From Lineus longissimus (lineage: Eukaryota): a stretch of DNA of 64,000 nucleotides. Numbering within the stretch: position 1 is the first letter of the stretch; each line of letters starts with the position of its first letter. A program made the translations under genes and the position numbers. Positions 51,120 through 64,000 of the stretch are shown in pieces. The stretch is from contig NC_088308.1 in assembly GCF_910592395.1 (NCBI RefSeq), positions 496,001 to 560,000 on the forward strand, read 5' to 3'. The notes under the pieces were generated by a model, which saw only the letters and a program-made list of their open reading frames with translations, made no database searches and was not told the origin of the DNA.

Positions 51120-52402
51120 CAGGCATAAAAAACTACATTATCCCACACAGTGATGCGTTCATGATGAGGATGGAGATATATTTAAAGGCTTCCTTGTACA
51201 CGAGGGTCTCCGCAGGGTGATCCCCGTAATGAGCAGGCCAAACCTTGAGATTCAATGTCTGCTGGCAGCATCCAACATCTGGTGATAAAGTTTGCAGTGA
51301 CTTAACAATTCACAGCTTTTTAACGACAGCTACGGCTGCAGGAAAGATAAGTTAGGGCATCGTTTTCAAATGCTCCCTTCCCTAACACCATCCCCCCCCC
51401 CCCCATCCTCCCCAATACACACAGAGAAAAAAGTTGATGAGATCTGGCAAAGCGGGGCACAGATCACGTCACAGGCAAAAGAAAGACGATATCAATTTCT
51501 TTCAAGAACCGTGCCTGAGCGTTCCACTTTGACATTGATAAAGTCATTCCTAAACAGGTGTTGCGACATTGTTTTAATCCCGGTCTCAGTTATCGGAATG
51601 ATTAGTTGCGTTGTCATAACCCCCTCCACCTGCGCTCCTTTGCAATTACTTTCTTCATTGTAGGTTTCAACAACGAAGAGCATCACCTTAAAAACTGATA
51701 AATGTGCGTGACTTCAGCAGAGCGGAGCGAGGCACATTTGTGAAATGCTAGATGATCTTGAAAACTACGGCGTTTTCGGACATAACCCTGGAATCGACGC
51801 AAGTATCAACCTGGCCTGGTAATTACATTGCTACGTCCCTTGGGGAGTTCGTAGATGTATATAACGCTTTTGGATTAAACTTAGAGTAAAGTAGAGGTTA
51901 CTGTCAGGTGCAGATATTGCTTGAAGACAAACCTGGGAGTATTGGAAACTGGTAAGTCACACTGGAAACAGTAAGCTTTGGAAAATCACACGGCAGATAA
52001 CCATAGTTCCAAGTAGGCGCCTCTCTTGGAAAACTTAGTAATAAGGCATGTAAGTGGCGACTTTAGATGACTTGGAAGAATAGAAGTATCATCTTTTCTT
52101 TTGAAGATATAGTAACTGTGAAACAAAGCCACATTTGAATCAAGGTATTGAACTGAAAGTACGGCGCAAATCACGACGGATCAAAGAGACATCGATACTG
52201 TGACGAAGATTTATACTGTGGATGTAGACACTGTATCAAGCTTATTGGTTCTGCCTCTGCGTTACATAATAAGACGACATTAAGCAGTGCATAGCAAACA
52301 CGATAGCCGGTCAGATTGATCGAACATGTACGATATAAGTGAGTGAAGAAAAAGAGCTTATAGTGAGAGAGGAGCACCATCAAGCCAGAGTTAATTACAA
52401 AT

Positions 52403-55400
52403 ATGGCGGACGAAAGAAATTTAGGTCAGATGACAACAAACATGTCTTCAAGGAATTCGACCTTTCCAGTGGATTACAAAGAGGACTACCCTGAAGAATA
52501 CGACTATGGAACGTACGATAACTACGACTTCTCAAAGTTCCTCTTCCCAAACCAAAGACCTACCAAACCTGCCTGGGAGTACGCCCTCAAGATTTCATTG
52601 TGTGTGATCATTGTTTTGGTGTCGCTGATTGGCAATAGTTTGGTTATCTATGTCGTAGCCATGAACAAGCGAATGAGGACCACCACAAACTATTACATCG
52701 TCAATTTAGCAGTTGCAGACCTCATGGTGACGTTGTGCTGCACGTGGGTCCAGTGTTATGATGATCTGAGTCCGAAGTGGCCACTGGGATCCTTTCTCTG
52801 CAAGTTTAATACATTTGCACAAGGTAGCTATCCATTTTTTAAAATAATCAAGCCACATGTTCCACTATATCTAGGCCCTGTATCACTTTAGATATTCCTA
52901 CTTGCTCACCCTCAGTCACCCATCCCCGAAAGCAAACCTGCCCAGACAACTACACCTTCTCCCCAAAATAGTTCTTTTCGGTGAAATATAATTTTGGAGG
53001 CCAGATTGTCATTTTTTGGCAATCCGAGAACGGATGAAATATATCTCACCTCTCTAAAGTGATGGACTAAAAACAGTACGTCAACTTTGCTTCTTTTTTT
53101 GATAGTTTCCTTACTCCGTTCACGTTGCTACTCGTCACGCCACCTCACTTCCTCATAATTGATGAGCCACTGATGAGTGTTTTAAGGTGACATCGTACTC
53201 ACATTACATTTCCTCATGCATTTCGTCACCCCATCAGTATTTTAGACACCCACTAGACTATTTCATATTCTACGTGGCGGTGACCTCTTACAACGGCAAA
53301 GTGTGTTACGCGCGCAGTGAAACGCTTACGTTGTTGCCTTATGGAGCATGGAGAAATCAACAAAATGTACACCATTTTACTGCAATTGTATAATTGGTTT
53401 CGAGCACAGAATTCAATTTTACACCGGTATGTCAACTGACAGGTTATTCATTGACAAGGATAGATAGAGTACCGTAAAATAAAAAGTGCCGCAGCAGAGA
53501 TATTAAGACAACGCAGGTGGCCGAGCAGCAGCCAACATAATCATTGATTAGACACCAAGAAGCAACGCTTACGTTATTCAATGATTCTTACGATCCTTTA
53601 CCTTTAAGCTAAACGCAAGATAGGGTCAAGATGTCCCTATCAATCCAATTACTACCACATGTATATTGGTGTTTCATTCCAAAGGCCTTTTCGGATGTCT
53701 TGGATGATAACAAGCTTATCGCTATGCGAAATGATGAGGCTATCGATAAACAGTCTCTGAAGTTAAGTTCAACACCTTCCTTTTATTTCACTCCGTCAAT
53801 GGCGACTTAATACAAACGTCATGTTGGATATTCTTTAATCTTAGATGCGTTCATATGTCAACTTCTGTGCAGATAAATGTTTCATGGATTTGTTACAGGG
53901 AAAATTTGCTCATGTTCATTTAAATTCAAATCCAAGTCTTGCCCATTTATCAAATATAATTTGCAGAAATGAAGTATAAGGATCGAGCTTTTTTCTGTTC
54001 AGAAAGCGACTAATCCGGACACTCTGATGAAAGAGAAATAAACTGTTATTTGACTTATTTCAACTTTAGGCAACGCTAATTGCATCATTCCTCAAAGCTA
54101 CTTCATCAAGGATAAGAACGCGTACTCTTGTCGGGCCCTCAGTAACTGTGATATCAATAGTTAGTATTTTCCTTTATAGTGGGGTCCTAATTTTGTAAGA
54201 AGTAATTAGTTATTTTCACTTTACTGTGATGTCATAACTAACAGATACATTGCCATCGGTGTTTGTAAGCTTATGTAATGCAGGCGAAATATCATGATCA
54301 TGGATAAGTAGTGCATTCAGTCAAAAGAGTGGCCGGCCCACCATGGGAAGTCTAGATTTTTAGTTCTACATGGTCAAGGCGAACAAGCTAGACCATAGCG
54401 AGAATTTGAATGTTTTTGAATGATTCTTTACAATAACGACATAAGAATATTTGATTGAAACAAATTTCGCATCGAATTCTAGAAGACATTTCTATTCAAA
54501 TAGACAAATCATGTTTTCCATTTGAAAGAATTAATCATGATATTGGGTATTTAGGTTCGATTAAGTTTGTAATAATTTTGCCATTAGAGTTTTTATCAAA
54601 TAATTGTTTCACTAAGTACTGATGAGTACCGACACAATCTCATTAAGAAAGCTAATTAGAATATGGATAACAATTTCTCTCATTAAGGTGCTGTAAAAAG
54701 ATGAGTTGAACAATCTGTATTTGTCGCTTTTTTTCCAGACCAGCGCGGTCCCAGTGGCGAAGTTCTGTTATAGCCCGGGAAAAGACTCGCCAACCTATGG
54801 GACGGGTAAACCTCTGTTGATTTCGCCTCTTACACGTCACCGCACATTATTACATTACGTAACATTCACAGAGACCATTTCATTTTCGAGAAACTGAGCT
54901 CCAACACTAGGGGGCGCTGATCTGAGAAGAGTGAACTGAAACATATGAAGCCGATTTTTTCGATCTTCATGTCATTTTATTTCAGGTAAAGTAATGCAAA
55001 CAGGCCTGAACAACATAACGTAATTACCAGGTTATCTTTATTTCTTGCATCGTATGTACATCTTTCCTCCCGGGCTTCACCAAGAACTTCCCTATGGCAG
55101 ATATTTAGCCCATATCACCAGTGAAAACTGATATGTTTCGGGGGAAACGCAAATACGTAAAAACTGATTCAAGTTATCTGTGGGAATCTTCAAGAGAAAA
55201 GGAGTCCAGCTGTTTCAATGTAACCACCATATTATCTTAATTATTCGCATCTTCCTATCTGTTCTGCGGGACTATGAAATGAACAACCTGTAAACGTTAA
55301 CGGTTCTGCCTTCATCGCTTGTTTGTGCTCATTTCATGTTTGGGGAGGGGAGCAAAGAGGTCAAGCTGACTTTATTGGGAGGAAACTTTGGCATTGAGAT

Positions 55401-58400
55401 CAAATCTCATAGAAGTCGTCTACGAGAATCTCAAATAGTAAAAACAGCCGCAAAAGATGCAATGTAATCACACCATTATCTTTATTATTTGCATCTTTCC
55501 TCGGGGACTTTGCTCAGGGTTAGCATCTTTGTCTCTGAATCAATAAAAGCTAATCAGATATTCTCAAGCCAATTATGATTTATCAAGATGATCTTTTTGT
55601 ACTAGATTATTGGCCATGATGGTGCTATTACGGTGACGTTTTGATACATGGCCGCTGGACATGTATTGTGATGGATGGTGCGATATTTAATGGAAGTCAA
55701 TGGCTATCTTTTGATCAAACTAATCTTGCACATAGATACTGGAGGGTATAATGAACGAGAGAGGGTGGCGCATACTTGCCTGGCATGTATGACGAACACA
55801 TTCATTTTAACAGGATAGCTGGCGTGGCCATTTTGTGCAGTCATCAAAAATTAGTATAAGCTGTCTTTCAACCATACACATGGTAAAAACGCTTCACATT
55901 AACTTAATCTTCTCATATCGTTTGTCATGACAATCCATACGTACATTTCCTGCGAGAAAAAACACAACATATCTGTGCTGTTCGCATTCATGCATCGTCT
56001 ATTTTGTCATTTCTTTTGACAGCAACGACAGGTGTCTCTTAATTAGCCTTTGCAGCATGTTCACATATTTCATTTTTGCTGTCAAATTGATAAGCAAATA
56101 CGGACTTTCACTCATACGTAAACACAGGGGCTTTTAACGATCTCATGTTTCTCGAGTAATATTTACCAGAAGTCAACTAAATATCCGCTCTCATGGGAAG
56201 TCATCTGGTCAATTCACACGAATACATCAAGCATTAGGCATTGTTAGAGAAAGCGATAGTATTTGGTCTCTAAACAGAAAGTCAATCGATGTTGCTAAAG
56301 ATTCCTCCACGCAAATTCCTTTTATAGCCAGAGAGGGAAACAATGCGAGAAGTTTGGTTTAAGTTTAGAATCTTCTCATGAGTTCAAAGAACCTCAGGGG
56401 ATCCACTATACAGATGCTACATGGTTGGTGTTAAAAACGAAGGAAGTCGATATATCACTTCTCTTCCTCAAGAACCTGGGCATGAGAAAAGTTTCGCGTG
56501 ATGATGACCGCATTGTTATATACGACGTTATCACCACTCAAAATGAGGTGAATCTGAAAGAACCATCCTTGTGGAGACTAGCATGCTGCGCAAATGACAA
56601 AGCCAATTTCGCCGCCTTGCAGATGACGTTTCGTGGCCACGGACAGAATGCTTGAGTGACATTGGAAACAAGACACATCCATTCTGTTTGAAGATGGCCT
56701 TATTCATTTCTTCATCATAGCTATAGCGTCCATCAGCATATAACACTGTTTCTTATGCACCATTGGCACTGGAATAGGTCTTCAAGTTCAAATCCTCTGG
56801 CATTTAGAGCCTCAGTCAAACAGATATGTAATCGGTGATAAGTAGACTGCCTCAAGTGCAAAACGAATTGGTCCATATATTACTGGTATCGAACCAACGA
56901 TGTTCGACAGTACAGCAACCCACTAGACAACCACAGCCGCCCCTTCAGATAATGAATTCAAAGCGCGACACATGCAAGATGAAGGAATGATAAAATAAAC
57001 CTATTACAAGTTATTAAGTTAGGATACGTAATCATAAACATTATGCTTAAATAATTAATGGAATGCAAGCGCTTACTCACTGAATATTTCAACATATTCG
57101 CTGCACATAGATTCAGCCTTACATTCTCCAGCGAAAATACCAATAAAAAGAGAAAAGGAGACAACTGATGGCAAAGTGATGCCTCGAACTACAGGTGCAC
57201 CAAAGCTGTGTAATCGGATTAACAAAATGATGCCCACTGTATGGCCGGACATGGCGTTCAGTGTTAAACGTGGTGGCTTTGTCCAAGAGCGTCTGACCTT
57301 TCGGAGCCTAGTGATGTGGGAATTGTTATAGCTACTTAAGTGTGGCTGATGAAAAATGGCAATAGCCTTCAAAAATTCAACTGAGGAATGTTTTTCAAAA
57401 AATGAATTTCCTCATGACGCAAATTTTGTACGCTTCCATGAGTCTGTTGATGTCATAGCTTTTCAGATTACGCGTGCTACAAGCATCATGGGCAGAGTTG
57501 TTCAAAACCACGTTAGCTTCAACGGAGGCGTTAAGTCTTAAGTGAAATTTCCAATGGAATTAACTGAAAGAGATAACGTCTTTAAGCCAAGGATACTTAA
57601 AGTAACCGTTAGGGATAATTGTGCTTTTGATCAACTTGGCCCTAGTATAGAGCAAACATCACCAACAGGCAATAAACATTATCAATGGCAATGTGGCATC
57701 TACTTCGTCAGATTTGATCTCGAGTATTGCATACTCTTGCCTTCTATCCATTATTCAAATGAAAAATATGCAACACTTCTTTGCAAATCATCATTCCAAT
57801 GATTGGTGTACCTTTTGGTGAAGAGGCCAGCGCAGTATTACCGTTTAATTAGCTTGGCTAGGTTAGTACAGACATGGCCATTTATTATCATTCGTTCTCT
57901 GAATATTCTATATTAACTTAGGAATAAAAAGTGGGATTCCAAGAGCGTTCGATATTTCCACGGATAGTGACATGGGAATAGTTACCATTATACTAGCACT
58001 GTCAGCATCTTTAGTGTGGGCGTCATAAAAAAGGCAATCATCTAACTATGAACATGCATCGCCAGTGACAAAACTGTTTATCGGACTCATGTCCTTGGAG
58101 CCATCAAAAAGTGTGTAGACATATGATCATCAGTATCAATCTGACAAAGCACAGAAAATTGGTTCAGCAAGGGATAGCAGACGATAGCAGATGTTCATAC
58201 TCATTCTACTTTGGAGATTACGATACCATATAGGAAGGGTACGAATAAACGTATGAACATTGTCCACTAAAAGCCTTGTACTTAATACTTGCGCCTGGGA
58301 TAAGGAAATACACACGCGACCATAAACCTTGCATTTAAAAATGTCAATCAATCCTCCTATCACACTCCAATATCAAAAGGTATTATGCCAAATCCTTTAA

Positions 58401-61400
58401 TGTACCGCCAGGTCGCCCCTTCAATGGATAAAGCTGGTTGGTAGATAGAGAGATCGCATAATGTACTGCAAGATCAGCCGTTCTGAGGGAGACGTGGTTG
58501 GTTGAAAAACTTATGTTGTACATCTTTAATGTACCCCATGACAAGCGACAGACAGTCGGACAGACGTCAGTACATATGTTTGCAGAGCGACAATACTATT
58601 CCTACACCTAGGGTCGATATGAGAAACCTAAAGCTCATGTTCATGAAACAGGTTCTGGCTTCTGTAGAGGTAAAGAGATGTCTATACAACGTAGATGGTG
58701 AGAGCTGATAATTGGGATAATTTTCTCTCCACCATGGATGCGAGCTTCTCACGATGCAGCCTGGTTAAGGGCAATTCTGTTCGGCGAGATGGTTCACGTA
58801 AAGAAACAGAAACATGGCCTGAAAGTCTAAATCTCAGTACTACCTAGAGACAACATTCAGTTATCAAGTCCAGTTTCATGATATGCTGAGACTTTGTGTG
58901 GCACAAAAGACTTGAGCAGTAGCGTAACGATTATTACACATATTCCCGCCGCATCAAACATCGTCTTTTTAACGACTTTGGAAGCAATATCTATTTAGAC
59001 ATTTCAAACCAGTAGAGATAAGTCATCTAGTGATGGAAAGAAAATGAAGAAATTCTACATAATCGGTCAATGATTTCACTGTCCGTCCCCCTGTTTCTCA
59101 ATATTCCCATCGTAACTGCTATAGACTCTTATCGTATACGAACTATTTACATACAAAAACGATTCACATGTCAAAAACAGGCAGTGTTGGAAGGCCATTG
59201 TGAAGGGGTGAAAAACTCGTCTCTTCTCGCGATACGGCCAATATGATAGCTAAGCTATTTGAGGTCTTTTATTGTACGATAATTCCCCTATATCATATTC
59301 TCCGATTAGACATGCGACGCATCCCACGTATCTCCCGTTTTATATTGGCGGCTGGGTAAGAGAAATCGTGGCGTGGTTCAGACATACCAGACGAAATCTA
59401 ATCTTTCCTATTTAAACTTTTGATTGTTATCCAAATTGGTCATCCAACTTTCTGTGGATCACAAGTTTTCTCCCAAAGCTTTGTCAACGCAGATCTTATC
59501 TGAGCTTTTTCTTCACTAATTAGGCCTAATCGAATAATCGTGTGTAAGTCCTGATGAAATTAACCTTACACAGGATTGCCCAAAGCCATACTCGATTAAT
59601 CACTTCTTTGGCGAAATTATTCAACCCGACCTTGCTTTTGATGACCATCCTATCAACTATAAGCAAAGGCAATTATCGAGTTAATGAAACCTGTATCCTG
59701 TGTTTTCATGACGACTTCGTAGCAACTTGGATGTTACAGGTTCTGTTCTCCTTCATAGAAATTACAGATTACAGAAGATGATGGTTTCATCCTCAGTGCC
59801 CTTTCGGGCAAGTTTAGCCAGTAAATGGAACGGTTAACCTGATCGCAATCATTCAGGATCGTGTAAAACAAAGGTTCCAGTAAGATGTCAGTCATCGTCC
59901 TTTGTTACGGGTCCGCTCTTCAAAACTTTTCCTTTCTAAGCTTTTATTTAACTCTCTTTATAAGGAGGGTCTGCTCCTATATTCTAAACCTTCTGCACTT
60001 TCAATCAACGTCCTTGTTTTCTAACTGTTTGCCAAATCTTCTCACATCAGCGGCTCCCCAACTGAAAAGTTCTCTTCCCTGCCCTTAGTAACTAGCCATA
60101 GAATAAACGGGCGTCACGCGCAGATGACAATTTATTGTTATAGGACATAATACATCATCTTTAGTCGTTCAAAAACTTCTCCAACTGCAAACTATGCCTC
60201 GATTTATTTGTCAGGTAAAGAAAGAAGGCTAAATAAAATAATATTGTAATAAACACTTCCCATTTCAACAGCGAGGGGTTGCAGGACTTGTGCATAGATT
60301 GAGAGATTATTAGCCATGTCAGCAAGAACATCTGCCAATGGAGCATAATTGATGAGAACTAAGACAATAACGCCTTTTTACTCCAACTTTAACGAGGACC
60401 AGCAGAGTTACGCCAAGTTAAATGGTATGGTTATGAGCTTTCTTATTCTGTCTTCGATTTCAAAAGTTTTTATGACTAGTGTTGAGAGTTCCATTTTGTT
60501 TTTAGTGGGCTTTAATGTATAAGCGCTCAATTCTGAAATGGCGAACAACTTTTACAGTGAACGGTACTGGGATGGTTTCTCCGTGAACTGACTGACATCT
60601 TTTTTTTAAATCGATGTGTCTTGTGTGTTTTACTTTGGCCTCCAGTGGCTCACTGCGTCACAATCTGGATGCAATAAACAACAGTAGTCATCATACTGAA
60701 CCGAAGACGGAAATAATGTAATTGGGCAGTCTTCCTATCAAACTGCTCTGCACCCATTACCGCTAGTAAGATAAACGATAAACAGTTGTTCGCATGCCAG
60801 AAAGACTCAGCTGTGCTAATTGTCCTTTCAAACCATCCTCTAATCTAATATGTACCAAGCATGGATACTCATGAATGGTTATTTCATACTTGATCAATTT
60901 TAACAATTGTATATTGATAATTTTGAATGCTTATTTGCTTAAAATGCGAACTGACAATACCAAAAAATATGTATTTACACCATGTAAATTTATTCTCGGT
61001 TAAATGCGTACTGCCGAAAGTACACGATATACGTGTACTAAGTTGTTCAGCGGTCAAAGAATTCCAATGTTTTGAACCGATATGTTCATTGATTTCCAAC
61101 CCGAATTACCAGGATTATCGCAATAAACCAACTCGCAGGGATGGCTCCAAAGGTCATATAATTATGACGACTGACTTTGATTTTGGTACATCCATTTGTA
61201 TTCAAAGTAGACGGGGTAACCTTCAAAGAGATGGCGTGGCTGACTTAGGTGCGAGGATCAATCATTGATGCATTTTATTTTATTCTAAGAAAGCAATGAC
61301 GACACACTGTGACCAAGATGATTAGAATATGTCATAAAATATCATGTAATGTTATGCAAACGCACTCCTAAATTCCGGCTACTGACAAACGCACGTACCC

Positions 61401-63362
61401 AGCAATTACTATGACGTATGTGCCTTCACCAAACAGTGATATTTGCCACAACTAATGGGGTTTGATAAAGCTATCGAATTTTGTAATTCTGAATGATTGA
61501 TGTCGGTGACTTTTAGCCATGCCTGGCCTTTGCGATGGAATGTACGACTGGAGTTGGTTGGTAATTTCGTTTATATACGTTTATTCTCAAAAGATTTGAG
61601 AATATGATATTCCGTCCGATATTATCGCTCAACATCTTCTTTCATTGAGATGATGGCATTGGTAACACCAAAATCGAGATCGTCTACTGGCATCCTTTGT
61701 AAAACTGACCTTTGAATCGACGCTGACACTAAGTCCCCTCAGAATGCATCAATCTGATACTTGGCTGTTGGGGAAAAATGCAACTGATGATTCAAAACCC
61801 AATATAATCGTCGCTTTGTATGTGTTGCACGGAAACGATTCTGGTACAAGTAAGAACAACGTGAAGAATTTCATACAGTGACATGACTCACGATGATAAA
61901 ATCAGTTTTGACAAAAAGGCAGACCAATCTCGTTTCTTCTGAGCTGACGAATTGTCGCAATTTTCACACTACGACAAATTCTTTCAACAGAATCCTGCAT
62001 TTCTTTCAATACACGTGATGTATGTGTTGCGAGGACCATACTATTACGATGCAAAAAAAACTTCTCAATAACTGAAGGTGAAAGGAAATTGCGGCTGAAC
62101 TTATATTGGCTAAGTATCCCTCGTCACGTCAGCAGAACATGCATTTCTCAGGTTTTCCAAGTCACCGCGGAGCGTCTCTCGAGTTTCACAGTTAACGCAA
62201 ATGATCAGGGCTAAGAAGATTAATTCCTGTGTATTGATCATTCAACACTCCTACTGAGGCTCGTGATAAAAAAGAACAGTTAAAACATGATATCCACAAT
62301 TGAATGTTTTCAATTTAGTGGACGTTTTGACACATCCAAGTAACTCTGCTCCTTTTTTCAGGAACTTTTCAATAGAAGGTTATAACATTCCTCCTTGGTG
62401 ACTTCGCTCCGTCGATTAAAGACTCAGCCATAATCTCGTACCTATATTGTCATCTTCAATCTTTCTTTCAGTGCTCTCCATGGTATCAAGTGTTCTAACA
62501 CTAACAGTCATAGCCTGCGATCGTTTCTTTGGCATCGTATTCGCCATGAAGGCACACATGACAGAACGCCGAGCCAGCGTCTTCATAACCCTGGTATGGG
62601 TGGTCTCCATCGCCGTCAGCAGCCCATTGCTATACTTCCGCAGAATCACCACCAGAGAATGGAAAGATTACACTGAGATTTTCTGTCAGGACCACTGGCC
62701 GTTCGTAACGAGTAGAAATGAGCAAGGAATGGTAATGGCATTCACGCCGTCCCGTGTCGCCTACTATACCACTGTTTCCATTATTTTGTTCTTCCTCCCA
62801 GTACTCATTATGTCCATAGCCTACAGTCTGATCATCATGAGGCTCCGGTCAAGCCGGATGCCTGGGGTGCACCTGGACACGGAGATGAGCGTTCAGGACA
62901 AGTTGAAAAAGAAGGTATGAACTGACTAATAATGCAACACACAAGTCCCCTGCCTCTTTCAGAGCGACCTCCGACGCTCATTGTACTGAAGTGGTCCTAA
63001 GACACTACAAATGTCTCTTTCCGATGCCGAAACCGACTCAGCATTCGGTGATTTTCTCGTTATACCTTTCAATTCCGCCCACTGCACCCATTGCACAACC
63101 AATGCGAGGCCATTATCCGCAAGTACCATGGTGTAGACTTCGAGTACAGTAAAAGCTTCTAGCAAAACAATCTGAATGAAGCAGCACCCTGGTAAAACAC
63201 ATTCCACCAGCAACAACTCTCTCTACTCATCCCCTCAACTGATGTTCCCATTCATTGCAGGTCGTGGTGATGTTGGTAATGATACTATCCGTGTTTGTAA
63301 TATGCTGGCTGCCATATCAGGTCATCCTAGTCTACGGGGAACACCGCACAGAACAATCTGAG
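52403..63362 (+). CDS. Rhodopsin-class (class A) neuropeptide GPCR; 3' end (TM7 and C-terminus) lies beyond the window
   Basis: Exon 52403-52823 (TM1 GNSLVIYVV, MRTTTNYYIVNLAVADL, WPLGSFLCK); 9.6-kb phase-1 intron; exon 62472-62914 (TLTVIACDRF, TM4 W, ECL2 CQDHW, TM5 FFLPVLIMSIAYSLI); exon 63261-63362 (TM6 FVICWLPYQ). All junctions are GT-AG and in frame. The ligand cannot be assigned from sequence alone. Confidence 0.92.
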
Positions 63363-64000
63363 GTAAGTTTTCGGCAATGCGATCTTGTCAGACAGATGCA
63401 AATGCCAATATTCAATAGCAATACTCCGTTAGAGAGGAATGTTAGAAGCGTTCAATGAAGAAACGCGTATAAAATAAAGTATTTAGACTGGCTTCACCGG
63501 AATCCTCAAGCATTATAAGCTTGCATTCATATCTTACCAATTGCACGCAGTTAGTTTCGGAGGCAATACCTCTGGAAGTTCAGAGCACTGTTCAGTGAGT
63601 TGCGAATGAGTAATCTGTGAACCAATGAGATTCACTGCTGGTATGAATAAGAAGTTGGGGCTCATGAGGTGTTCCCTGTTCAGTTCAACATGTTCCCACA
63701 CATACGACTCAACTGAGGGTGATAACAGAATTCCATATTACGTATCTAGTTGTTGATATCTGTGCTAGCTTTGCACTGTCCAGGCAGTACCGCTGAAATA
63801 CTCTGCCCCCGGCAAATTTCATTACCTAGTACACAGAACAGTTTACGAATATTGACAATTATTAGCCATAAATTTACGTCAGATACAGGTCGCTTTATTG
63901 TGATGTCATCATCTCTGGATGCGGCGCGCACAGAACACGCAAAATAAATTGAAACTATACCAGATGGCAATTCCCATATATGTTCCTTTGTTGACATTGG

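Noticed and set aside
52472..52486. FLAG-tag-like DYKED suggesting an engineered construct
   Set aside because: Only a partial match to DYKDDDDK, lying within a natural Tyr/acidic N-terminus of an intron-containing gene.
52824..62471. Nested genes in the 9.6-kb GPCR intron
   Set aside because: Only short ORFs of 60-115 aa, with no motifs or consistent splice phases that I could link; a weak degenerate repeat at about 55020-55500 is the only structure noticed.

Overview
This is AT-rich animal genomic DNA with spliceosomal GT-AG introns. It is very probably from a nemertean (ribbon worm), because it carries a 115-aa mini-globin closely resembling the Cerebratulus lacteus nerve mini-haemoglobin as I recall it. 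I reconstructed six protein-coding genes by hand: (1) a 7-exon, 682-aa secreted protein on the minus strand with two unrecognised N-terminal modules followed by CUB-Sushi-CUB-Sushi; (2) head-to-head with it, a 6-exon, 233-aa soluble acetylcholine-binding-protein (AChBP)-like gene, i.e. a nicotinic receptor ligand-binding domain with no transmembrane region; (3, 4) two divergently oriented DEG/ENaC channel paralogues with intronless coding regions, unusual pore residues and polybasic furin-like sites; (5) a 3-coding-exon mini-globin; (6) the first three exons of a rhodopsin-class neuropeptide GPCR that runs off the window end. The rest is intronic or intergenic, with SINE remnants, MITE-like inverted repeats, a perfect 30-bp palindrome and several tandem repeats. 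The best candidate for an undescribed system is the AChBP-like gene and its divergently transcribed secreted CUB/Sushi neighbour. All gene models come from reading splice sites and frames by eye, and all family comparisons are from memory; no database was searched.
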